DNA from: Nitrospira sp.
GTDB taxonomy: Bacteria; Nitrospirota; Nitrospiria; Nitrospirales; Nitrospiraceae
Assembly: GCA_020846195.1 (NCBI GenBank)
Contig: JADLEJ010000046.1
Location: 6,115 to 70,114 of the forward strand
DNA length: 64,000 nt
Reading direction: 5' to 3'
Shown here in pieces: positions 27,001-34,552 of this stretch; position 1 is the first letter of the stretch, and each line of letters begins with the position of its first letter. The notes beneath the pieces were generated by a model. That model did no database searches. It was not told the origin of the DNA and was given only the letters and a program-made list of their open reading frames with translations. Made by a program: the position numbers and the translations under genes.

Positions 27001-28158
27001 GATCAGTTCTTGAGCGATATTATCGCCGGCCACTACGACACGCTGGCCACGACGGTGGCCGATCTGTCCGCGCTGACCGTCCCGATGGTCATCCTCAACT
27101 CTCCGCCAACGGACCCCTCGATGCGGTATCCCTTTCCCAGTCCGGACGAATCGCTTCGAGCGTTGCCGGCAATGCCAACCACCGTCTCGATCCCCAGCAC
27201 GTTATCGGTGACAGGCCGCGCCTTCGACGCCCGCTTCGTCGCATCGTTCCACACCCTGTTTACAGAGATTGCTCGCGTGTGCACCTTGGGAGACTCCGCA
27301 CCGGCCATGCACACCCCGACCAGTCACGATATTTCCAAACAATATCTCCTGGAACGTGAGCGCATTCGTATTCGCCACCATGTCTCGCAGTCGACCCGTG
27401 ACGCCTTGTGGATCGCGCATCTCGCCCAGCTTCCGCAGCTGGGCACCCTGCATCACCATGTGCGGCTGCTTCAAGACCTGTATCAACAGGCCCTTCCGCT
27501 TGAGCCTGGCATGCGCATACTGGATATCGGATGCGGCGAAGGAGAGTTCGCGCAAACCCTCGCCGTCAATCGCATGTACCACCGGCTCCACGCGTCGCAT
27601 GTACCGCAACGCCCCCTGCACTATCTTGGAATCGACCGCTCTGAGGAAACGGTGTCGGCAGCGGAACAGGCCTTCACAGCGCTGCATCAAGAGTTGCAAT
27701 CGATGTTTCCCGTAGCCGCTGCTCCGGCACCCGCGGTAACGGCCGAATGGGGTACCCGCCTCCCGGTCGCGCATGCTTCTGCCGACCGGATCGTCAGCCA
27801 TCTCGCGCTATCCTTCACGGCCTCTCCGCTCACCTTTCTGCGACAGGCCATCACAACACTCGCGCAAGATGGGCATCTCATCGTGACATGCGTGCAGCCG
27901 CACACAGATCTTGCCGGACTTTATCGTGAACAGCTGCATCGCGCCGGACAGGATGAGCTGTCTCCGGCGGCTCAAATTTTCCTCCACTACCTGGGGCGGC
28001 TGCATGAAGCTATTCGCCATGGACTGCTGCACTCGTTTGACCGGGAACAACTGTCCGGTCTCTTGACTCATGCCGGAGCAATCCCTCTTCGAATCGTGCC
28101 TGTCCTCGATGGGCAACTCCTTCTCGCCACAGCCAGAAAGGGGAAATCCGCTGGCTGA
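24004..28158 (+). CDS. 1384-aa multidomain signalling protein: REC-PAS-HisKA-degenerate HATPase-PilZ-PilZ-LuxD-like alpha/beta fold-SAM methyltransferase
   Basis: REC: LILVDE, IVLQTD, LLFKK. PAS: DVLYEVDAEGRFVFISPG. H-box: LSHELHKPLSAV. PilZ motifs: RRLAAR/TLSLTG and HREGIR/NFSRGG. LuxD-like: ILSPGFG...RVLRYDYSNHIGQSDG...LAILAEDVAARVALKV. MTase motif I: ILDIGCGEGEF. Confidence 0.8.
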   Translation: MPQSEPITILVVNEQADEIKLVTLSLRGFFPDCRVESVYSSEEALRWVNHAEWDLILVDERLGLQSRPSLVATLRERLPTTAIVLQTDRSDSTAAVTALQAGADFLLFKKSPAFLTELVLYTKGAIEQRRLRAMFARTHDRQTHLLETLTDVLYEVDAEGRFVFISPGITVLLGYQPEELTGTPFSKLIPPDQQARAQYRINDRRTGPRAARRVLLELLKKPQPTDSDQTRAQTEVSAKGLYDARRRYTGTLGLIRDITGHLAQAETIQRLETRLLESDRHHAIAQRLINLSHELHKPLSAVLTQSQRLMETIRDAQLDTRIDALTAHAREASACGDALAQAVVDAGLAEDALSQVIADALAPIAHLGIVQHHNTTGLLEVGNARNIWVRIIQIVVIQAIRQMAARHTIHRLNIFAQAVTATGAPIEQTPGLFPNPAPQEVEILIQETESVAALTVDSLPAAPDLIQAYEDIGQLQGRMEWLAPARQPLSVRLWLPIPEMPQPAETPAEAPPSPPESSVPATSDTRLDIDLSPPSDKPLPDRRLAARAAVHLPARVTVGPSVREGTVHTLSLTGATVSLAGPLPNLSEQSAYLVFKTVVGILELHATVHERGMQTDPSADARNRPVLAFEFSPPGETEQKVLGSFIEAAQERSLEISLEALLSQPDEAARPDQTGSGHRVTDHREGIRVRVALPVRIEQSPEQNPAARQLGLAVNFSRGGACLQAKTLPGQVGETILLHFPQGNGQTHSQPHEPAAPDAVLSAKIVWAAPDTTVPSELRPARTEPGQRFGVQFSNLPAFAEREVNRVVAQHIGSSIDLDGIAGRAAIVSARRECRNARGQVIAITDDHARHQISPSTPIVILSPGFGCTQTDYVALSEFLALNRLRVLRYDYSNHIGQSDGDVLQTTLRSMQADLHTVLEFAQTTWPTASLAILAEDVAARVALKVVAQQPAAHLLLLANPVLDIQTALSAGHHHDLLADYRHGLRRGSGNVWGLNINLDQFLSDIIAGHYDTLATTVADLSALTVPMVILNSPPTDPSMRYPFPSPDESLRALPAMPTTVSIPSTLSVTGRAFDARFVASFHTLFTEIARVCTLGDSAPAMHTPTSHDISKQYLLERERIRIRHHVSQSTRDALWIAHLAQLPQLGTLHHHVRLLQDLYQQALPLEPGMRILDIGCGEGEFAQTLAVNRMYHRLHASHVPQRPLHYLGIDRSEETVSAAEQAFTALHQELQSMFPVAAAPAPAVTAEWGTRLPVAHASADRIVSHLALSFTASPLTFLRQAITTLAQDGHLIVTCVQPHTDLAGLYREQLHRAGQDELSPAAQIFLHYLGRLHEAIRHGLLHSFDREQLSGLLTHAGAIPLRIVPVLDGQLLLATARKGKSAG

Positions 28159-28270
28159 AACGGCCATCGGTGTGTATACTCGCCCCTGCTACGAAATATC
28201 CTCTTCGTCTCCGAATCCCCCAGCCACGCGCCTGGGAAAAGAGGAAGCACGACCACCTCGCTGGATAGAT

Positions 28271-29533
28271 ATGACTACCTCCCCCTCTCACCAGGCCGCC
28301 GACTCATCTATCGTGCTCACCCCTCTCCAGCGGCTGACCCGGTTTGCCCAAGATATGGGAACGCTCACCGACCGCGCCGTCATTGCCGAACGCATTCTCA
28401 TTGAACTCTGCGACGCCACAGACTCTCAACAGGGCGCGCTGTACCTGCTGGATCGCGAACATGACCAATATGACTGCGTGATGACCGTCGGCAGTCAGAA
28501 TACATCGACGGCCATCGCCTCTTTTGCTTCAACCCACACGCTTATTCAATCGCTCGTCCACGAGCATTCTATGCTCTTGGCCACGGAAAACCCGCCGATC
28601 AAGCCGGAATTAACCGATGTCTTACGGACAACCCACTCGTCGCAGGCTGTTGCGCTGCTCAATAAAGGCCGATTGATCGCCTTTGCGCTACTCGCCCCCG
28701 GCTTGGGCCGGCCGCTCGATCATGCGGACGGACGGGACTTCCTCCTCGCTCTGGCCCAAAGCGGGGCCAACGCCTTGGATTCCATCCTGATGAATGACGA
28801 TCTCCACCAGTCTCAAACGCTTATGCGCCGCACCGACCGGCTGCGCTCCTTGGAAACGATCGCCGGCGGGTTTGCCCACGAAATCAGGAACCCACTCACG
28901 TCGATCAAAACGTTTATCCAGCTGGCCCCGGAACGAAAGGACGACGCGGAGTTTATCTACGACTTTAGCCGCATTGTCCTGGACGATGTGCATCGGATCG
29001 AACGGCTGATTCAGGAAATCCTGGACTACGCTCGTTACATGGAACCGAAGCTGACGGATGAGGATCTCAATGAGATCGTTACCTCCTGCCTCTATTTCAT
29101 CGAAGTAAAGGCGGACAGCAAGCGGATCAAGATTGAAAAAGAGTTGGCGCCCGGGCTTCCTCGTGTCATGTTAGATCGTCAACAAATAAAGCAGGTGCTC
29201 TTGAACCTCCTGTTGAACGCGATCGATGCCATGGGAGATGGCGGCGGACAGCTGAAGGTGCGAACGCACCGGCTCGTAAAACCTGGGGCGGCCGCGTGGA
29301 CGCAGATTGAGATTGAAGATAACGGTCCGGGCATTTCCAAAGCGAACCTGGAGCATATTTTCGATCCGTTCTTCACCACAAAACACACCAGCGGCGAGCA
29401 TGCGGGAACGGGCTTGGGGTTGACGATTGTGCATCAGATTATTCAAGAGCATCGTGGCGAAATTCAGGTCGAGAGCACCGAGGGAGTGGGAACCACGTTT
29501 TCCGTGAATCTTCCGGCCCTCCCGATAGACTAG
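28271..29533 (+). CDS. cytoplasmic sensor histidine kinase (GAF-like sensor, HisKA, HATPase_c)
   Basis: ORF 28070..29533 trimmed to ATG 28271. H-box FAHEIRNPLTSI, N-box LLNLLLNAIDAM, G1 EDNGPGI, G2 GTGLGL. Confidence 0.85.
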   Translation: MTTSPSHQAADSSIVLTPLQRLTRFAQDMGTLTDRAVIAERILIELCDATDSQQGALYLLDREHDQYDCVMTVGSQNTSTAIASFASTHTLIQSLVHEHSMLLATENPPIKPELTDVLRTTHSSQAVALLNKGRLIAFALLAPGLGRPLDHADGRDFLLALAQSGANALDSILMNDDLHQSQTLMRRTDRLRSLETIAGGFAHEIRNPLTSIKTFIQLAPERKDDAEFIYDFSRIVLDDVHRIERLIQEILDYARYMEPKLTDEDLNEIVTSCLYFIEVKADSKRIKIEKELAPGLPRVMLDRQQIKQVLLNLLLNAIDAMGDGGGQLKVRTHRLVKPGAAAWTQIEIEDNGPGISKANLEHIFDPFFTTKHTSGEHAGTGLGLTIVHQIIQEHRGEIQVESTEGVGTTFSVNLPALPID

Positions 29534-29540
29534 GAGTACT

Positions 29541-30971
29541 GTGGAAAGTCCAGCTATGAAAAAACGCGTTCTCTTGATCGACGACGAAGCCCGTGTCCGG
29601 ACTTCACTGAAGATGGTGCTCGAGCCCAACTACGAAATCCTGCAAGCGGCGGATGCTCAAGAGGGGCTCGATACATTTAGAAAAGAAGGGCCCGATCTGG
29701 TCCTGCTCGATGTTATTCTCCCAGGAACGGATGGACTGGCCGTGCTGGAAACCCTGCGCTCAGAAAGCCGGATGACTCCGGTGATCATGCTCACAGGCAC
29801 GAAGTCGGTTAAGACGGCCGTCGACGCAATGAAACTGGGCGCCGCCGACTATTTATCCAAACCCTTCGACGTCGAAGAATTGCGCATTGTCGTAGACCGG
29901 GCGCTCAGCTCGCAGGCGCTCGAACGCGAAGTGAAACAACTCAGGGCGCAAGTCGTCCAGCGCTATGCCTTCCACAACCTCATTGGCAAGAGCCAGGGGA
30001 TGCAGGAAATCTACGCGAAGATCGAACAAGTCGCGGATAGCCGAACCACCGTGCTGATTACCGGCGAAAGCGGAACCGGAAAAGAGCTCGTTGCCAAAGC
30101 CCTCCATTACAACAGCGGCCGGCGCGAACGCCCCTTTATCGCGCTGAATTGCGCGGCCCTCCCGGAAACGCTGATTGAAAGCGAGCTCTTCGGTCACGAA
30201 AAAGGCTCCTTTACCGATGCCACGGCCAGGCGGGTCGGCCAGTTCGAACTCGCCAACACCGGCACCTTGTTCTTAGACGAAATCGGCGATCTCAGCGCCA
30301 TGACACAGGCCAAACTTCTCCGAGTCCTCCAGGAGCGGGAGTTTACGAGAATCGGTGGCGTTCAATCGATTAAGGTCGATGTCAGAATTGTTGCCGCCAC
30401 TAACAGAAATCTCGAAGACATGGTGCGCAAAGGACAATTCCGTGAAGATCTGTACTACCGCATCAATGTGATTTCGCTGTTTCTTCCTCCGCTCCGTGAA
30501 CGTGGCGAAGATATTCCCCTGCTAGCCAAGCATTTCCTAGCCAAGCGAATCGAGGAAGAGAAGCGCCCGCATATCGAGTTTGGGAAAGAAGCGCTGGAAG
30601 TACTGACTCGCTACCCCTGGCCGGGCAACGTCCGGGAAATGGAAAATATCATCGAGCAGGCCTTTATCTGGTCGCAGAATTGCGCTCAGATCACCCAAGA
30701 ACATCTGCCGACTATTCTGAAAAGCGACTCGCGATCATCCTCGCTCCGCGACGACACGCTTGCCGGCCGTATGTCCCTTGAAAAAGCCGTCATGGAATTC
30801 GAGCGAGAAATTATTCTCGACGCATTAAAGCGAACGAACTATGTCCAGACCCATGCGGCCAATCTCTTAGGAATCAGCCGGCGCATGCTGAAATACCGTA
30901 TGGATACCTTGGGAATTGGCCGACCGGACAATGGAAGCAGTCAAGAGCCAGAGCCGCCGGTGCAGGAATAA
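29541..30971 (+). CDS. sigma-54-dependent response regulator (NtrC/AtoC type: REC-AAA+-Fis HTH)
   Basis: VLLIDDE...LVLLDVILPG. Walker A GESGTGKE. GAFTGA-variant EKGSFTDA. C-terminal HTH AANLLGISRRMLKYRM. Confidence 0.9.
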   Translation: MESPAMKKRVLLIDDEARVRTSLKMVLEPNYEILQAADAQEGLDTFRKEGPDLVLLDVILPGTDGLAVLETLRSESRMTPVIMLTGTKSVKTAVDAMKLGAADYLSKPFDVEELRIVVDRALSSQALEREVKQLRAQVVQRYAFHNLIGKSQGMQEIYAKIEQVADSRTTVLITGESGTGKELVAKALHYNSGRRERPFIALNCAALPETLIESELFGHEKGSFTDATARRVGQFELANTGTLFLDEIGDLSAMTQAKLLRVLQEREFTRIGGVQSIKVDVRIVAATNRNLEDMVRKGQFREDLYYRINVISLFLPPLRERGEDIPLLAKHFLAKRIEEEKRPHIEFGKEALEVLTRYPWPGNVREMENIIEQAFIWSQNCAQITQEHLPTILKSDSRSSSLRDDTLAGRMSLEKAVMEFEREIILDALKRTNYVQTHAANLLGISRRMLKYRMDTLGIGRPDNGSSQEPEPPVQE

Positions 30972-31033
30972 CACACTCCATGTAGCAACCGCGTCATTTT
31001 CAGCACAATCGTTACGCCCTTCCATCCCACCTC

Positions 31034-31083
31034 CTACGTAGTCGAACGTTCAAGTAATCTACATATAGATTTTCTACGTAGTC
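31034..31083 (+). promoter_or_regulatory. two identical CTACGTAGTC decamers 40 bp apart (candidate activator-binding sites)
   Basis: CTACGTAGTC at 31034-31043 and 31074-31083. A third variant, TTACGTAGTT, is at 31147-31156. Each contains the TACGTA palindrome. The pair lies about 45-90 bp upstream of the -24/-12 element. Confidence 0.35.
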
Positions 31084-31123
31084 TCCCCACTGCGGATTGA
31101 TCGCCCCAAGTAAGTGCCTGAAA

Positions 31124-31139
31124 AGGAATAAGTATTGCT
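31124..31139 (+). promoter_or_regulatory. candidate sigma-54 (-24/-12) promoter
   Basis: AGGAATAAGTATTGCT: GG (31125-31126) then 10 nt then GC (31137-31138), with TTGCT at -12. Lies 26 nt upstream of ATG 31165, and a sigma-54 activator is encoded immediately upstream. Confidence 0.45.
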
Positions 31140-31164
31140 TGACAGGTTACGTAGTTGGGGGTAC

Positions 31165-32319
31165 ATGAGCATTATGAGCACAACACTTTCTCAAAATGGA
31201 TCCAAAGTAAAGCCAACGATTCTTGTTGTCGATGACGAGGCCGGTCCGCGTGACGCACTGAAAGTCATCTTGCGGCCCTTCTTCAACATCCGCTCAGCCG
31301 ATAACGCGCAGGCCGCCCTCGACGTCTTGAGCCATGAATCCGTCGATCTCATTACACTAGACCAGAAACTCCCCGATCGCCAAGGCATCGACCTCCTGCA
31401 AGATATTAAGCACGACCACGCCGACATCGAAGTGATTATCATCACCGGGTATGGAAGCCTGAAGTCCGCCATGGAAGGCATTCGACATGGGGCGGCCGGC
31501 TATTTGCTCAAGCCATTTAATGTGACAGAACTGATTTCTCTCATCAGCCAAACCCTTGAGAAGAAGCAGCGCTTGGATCTCCTCAGAAAGACCCTGACCG
31601 ACTCGCCTGCCTTATGGGCCGGCGATGAGGAGGGACGGCGTGCGTGGGAAACTCTGAAGACCAGCTATTTTGCGATTGGAACACGCGAGGAGCAGGACAG
31701 CTTGTCAGGATCGCCGGATCTTCTTCCACTGCTCTCAGACCTTATGGAAGCCAAAGACCGGCAATTGCTGAGTCATTGCAGCCGCGTCAGCTTCTACGCC
31801 ACGTTGCTCGCCAATCGCCTCAGTCTGACGCTCGCAGAGCAGAAGTCTTTGGCTATCGGAGCCTTCCTGCACGACATCGGAAAAGTCAGCCTCCCCAATT
31901 ATCATTTTTGGGATGAGCCGATCCTCCCGTCTGGAGAAAGCGCCCTTTCCAAAGAGCATTGCGAGACAGGCGCACGGATGATCCTCCCCCTGGGATATCC
32001 AGCCGAGGTCGGCCAGGTCATTTCCTCTCATCATGAACGGTGGGACGGATCGGGCTATCCTCATGGACTTCAGGGAGAAGGGATTCCCTTGCTAGCCAGG
32101 ATTGTCAGCATTGCCCAACTGTTCGATCACCTGACAGCGGAAGCCCCAGGACGGTCGCCGCTCTCTGTCGATCAAGCCATTCAGCAAATCGCCCTTCACG
32201 CCAACACCTATTTCGATCCTATGCTGGTAGATCAATTTGCCAGGGTTGCGACCGAATGCAAGGCCTCGCTTTCCGCAATGGCCATTGCGACGACGCCGAA
32301 CGGCGTCTCCAGCCTGTAG
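31165..32319 (+). CDS. response regulator with HD-GYP domain (c-di-GMP phosphodiesterase, RpfG-like)
   Basis: ORF 31135..32319 trimmed to ATG 31165 (GGGGG RBS). REC: ILVVDDE, LITLDQKLPD. HD-GYP: FLHDIGK and HHERWDGSGYP. Confidence 0.85.
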   Translation: MSIMSTTLSQNGSKVKPTILVVDDEAGPRDALKVILRPFFNIRSADNAQAALDVLSHESVDLITLDQKLPDRQGIDLLQDIKHDHADIEVIIITGYGSLKSAMEGIRHGAAGYLLKPFNVTELISLISQTLEKKQRLDLLRKTLTDSPALWAGDEEGRRAWETLKTSYFAIGTREEQDSLSGSPDLLPLLSDLMEAKDRQLLSHCSRVSFYATLLANRLSLTLAEQKSLAIGAFLHDIGKVSLPNYHFWDEPILPSGESALSKEHCETGARMILPLGYPAEVGQVISSHHERWDGSGYPHGLQGEGIPLLARIVSIAQLFDHLTAEAPGRSPLSVDQAIQQIALHANTYFDPMLVDQFARVATECKASLSAMAIATTPNGVSSL

Positions 32320-32340
32320 AGAACACGCTGGCCGGGTACG

Positions 32341-34020
32341 TCACTCCCCTGCATCGGCAATCAGTTCTGCCGCCGTTTCACGGACTTTCTTCGTCACCGT
32401 CAGCCCGCCTAACATTCTAGCGATTTCGTTCTCACGGCCCTGCCCCATCAGCGGACGCACCGCCGTCACAGTTCGATGCCCTTCCTGCGACTTCTCGACA
32501 CAAAGGTGATGCTGCCCCTGCGCGGCGACTTGAGGCAAATGGGTGATACAGAATACCTGATGATAGCGGCCTAACCCACGAAGGCGCTTGCCGATTGCGG
32601 CAGCAACCGCTCCTCCTACACCGGTATCGATCTCGTCGAAAATCAACACCGGAACTCGATCTCGTTCTGCCAGCACCGTTTTCAGCGCGAGCATCACTCT
32701 GGACAACTCCCCGCCTGAGGCAACTTTTGAGAGAGGCTTCGCGGGCTCCCCCGCGTTCGTCGAAAGACGAAACTCCACCTGATCGATCCCGTCGGGACCA
32801 AACTCCGATTCGGCGGCATCGGCGGTCACATGGATCTCAAAGACCGTCTGCCCCATTTTCAGCGCCTCAAGCTCCTGGCGCACGACTTTAACCATGCGCT
32901 TGGCCGCCTCACCGCGCTTCAGGAACAATTGCCGCGCCAACAGCACCAGACTGGCCTCCTGCTCATGAATGCCTTGATGCAGCTTAGCCAGCTGTCCATC
33001 GAAGTCTTGCAACTGCTCTAACTCATCTTTGATCTTCCGATGAGCATCCAGCACGCCTGCCAGCGACCCACCGAATTTCTTTTTTAGTTTCTGGATGACC
33101 GCCAGCCGATCCTCGATCAACCCCAGCCGCGCGGGGTCGGCTTCGACTCGCTCCGCGTAGTCGCGCAGCTGCCCTGCCATCTCCTTCAGCACTACTTTCG
33201 CCTCAACAGTCAGGCGGGTCAGCTCTCCAACCGTGGAATCAATCTGAAGCAGTTGGCCCACGGCACGCTCGGTCAATGCCAGCTGCGCCAGAATACCCTG
33301 CCCTTCCGCATTCACTCGCTCCAGCGCCTCAGCCGCCAATGCGCCGATCTGCTGCGAGGAACTGAGCCGGCGACGCTCATTGTGCAGCGCATCATCCTCT
33401 CCCTCGCACAACATCGCCTCATCCAATTCAGCGCATTGGAAGCGCAGCAACTCCTCCCGCTGCGCTCGATTCTGGGATTCACGAATCAATCGATCGCGCG
33501 CCTCGCAGGCCGCCTTCCAATCCTCATACCCTTGCCGATAGGCGGCACAGCGCTCCTGAAGATTGCCGAAGGCATCCACGACCGCGCGCTGTGTCGCCGA
33601 GGCTAAGAGCGATTGCTGATCGTGCTGCCCGTGAAGATCGACGAGCGTGCCACCGAGCTCTTCCAAGACATGCAGCGAGCTCATCATTCCGTTCAAATAG
33701 ACTCGATTACGCCCGGATCGGGCAATCACCCGCCGCACAATCAGCTCTGAATCTGCGGCGCCCAGAATTCCTTGATCGCGGAGACGGGCTTGGAGCGGAT
33801 GGCGATCGGGCAGGTGAAAGGCTGCCTCAAGCGAGGCTTCCTCTGTCCCAAAACGAATCTGGTCGGCGGACGCTCGTCCGCCGACCAGCAGGGCAATGGC
33901 ATCAATGAGAAGAGATTTTCCGGCTCCCGTTTCTCCGGTGAGAACGGTAAAGCCGGGCTCAAACCGCAGGCTGAGCTCTTCCAGAATGGCGAAATTGACG
34001 ATGCGCAGCTCGGTGAGCAT
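32341..34020 (-). CDS. recN: DNA repair protein RecN
   Basis: MLTELRIVNFAILEEL...LTGETGAGKS Walker A. Long coiled coil. C-terminal SGGELSRVMLAL and LIFDEIDTGVGG. Confidence 0.95.
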   Translation of the reverse strand: MLTELRIVNFAILEELSLRFEPGFTVLTGETGAGKSLLIDAIALLVGGRASADQIRFGTEEASLEAAFHLPDRHPLQARLRDQGILGAADSELIVRRVIARSGRNRVYLNGMMSSLHVLEELGGTLVDLHGQHDQQSLLASATQRAVVDAFGNLQERCAAYRQGYEDWKAACEARDRLIRESQNRAQREELLRFQCAELDEAMLCEGEDDALHNERRRLSSSQQIGALAAEALERVNAEGQGILAQLALTERAVGQLLQIDSTVGELTRLTVEAKVVLKEMAGQLRDYAERVEADPARLGLIEDRLAVIQKLKKKFGGSLAGVLDAHRKIKDELEQLQDFDGQLAKLHQGIHEQEASLVLLARQLFLKRGEAAKRMVKVVRQELEALKMGQTVFEIHVTADAAESEFGPDGIDQVEFRLSTNAGEPAKPLSKVASGGELSRVMLALKTVLAERDRVPVLIFDEIDTGVGGAVAAAIGKRLRGLGRYHQVFCITHLPQVAAQGQHHLCVEKSQEGHRTVTAVRPLMGQGRENEIARMLGGLTVTKKVRETAAELIADAGE

Positions 34021-34041
34021 GGCTGCGTGCGTGCGAACGCG

Positions 34042-34389
34042 CTACGCGGTTCCCGCGTGCTGGGCCAGCAAGGAATCGATCGTTTCTTTGAACTGCCGCT
34101 TCGGCCTCGCCCCCACCAGCTTTTCGACAACCTGGCCGTTTTTGAAAAACAGAATGGTCGGGATACTCATCACCTGATATCGCCCGGCAACTTCCGGGTT
34201 TTCATCGGTATTCAGCTTCAGCACTTTCAGCTTCCCGGCATATTCCTTCGAAAGCTCATCGACAATCGGCGCCACCATCTGGCAAGGCCCGCACCAGACC
34301 GCCCAAAAGTCGACCATGACGACCTCATTGGACTTCATGACCTCTGCGTCCCAAGTGGAATCTTCGACTTTTAATGTATCACCAGCCAC
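34042..34389 (-). CDS. trxA: thioredoxin
   Basis: WAVWCGPCQM active site. 115 aa. GTG start preceded by GAAGGAGG. Confidence 0.9.
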   Translation of the reverse strand: MAGDTLKVEDSTWDAEVMKSNEVVMVDFWAVWCGPCQMVAPIVDELSKEYAGKLKVLKLNTDENPEVAGRYQVMSIPTILFFKNGQVVEKLVGARPKRQFKETIDSLLAQHAGTA

Positions 34390-34439
34390 GTCAGGAACCT
34401 CCTTCAGCTAAGATACCGACGATAAAAATTGAGAAATGC

Positions 34440-34469
34440 ATCGTACCCCACACCTATTTAGGGTGTCAA
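34440..34469 (-). promoter_or_regulatory. sigma-70-like promoter for trxA
   Basis: On the minus strand: TTGACA (34469-34464), 18 nt, TACGAT (34445-34440). Confidence 0.35.
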
Positions 34470-34552
34470 ATGATGGCCTGGCCGCTTCCCCTCAAAGGAA
34501 ATTCCCAGTCGTCAGCAGCCGGAACGCCGACGACGCCACCGAGGCGGCCCCT

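Noticed and set aside
28070-28270. N-terminal extension of the histidine-kinase ORF overlapping the end of the giant gene
   Set aside because: The extension overlaps 28070-28158 of the upstream gene and has no kinase-related sequence. ATG 28271 begins the GAF-like sensor.
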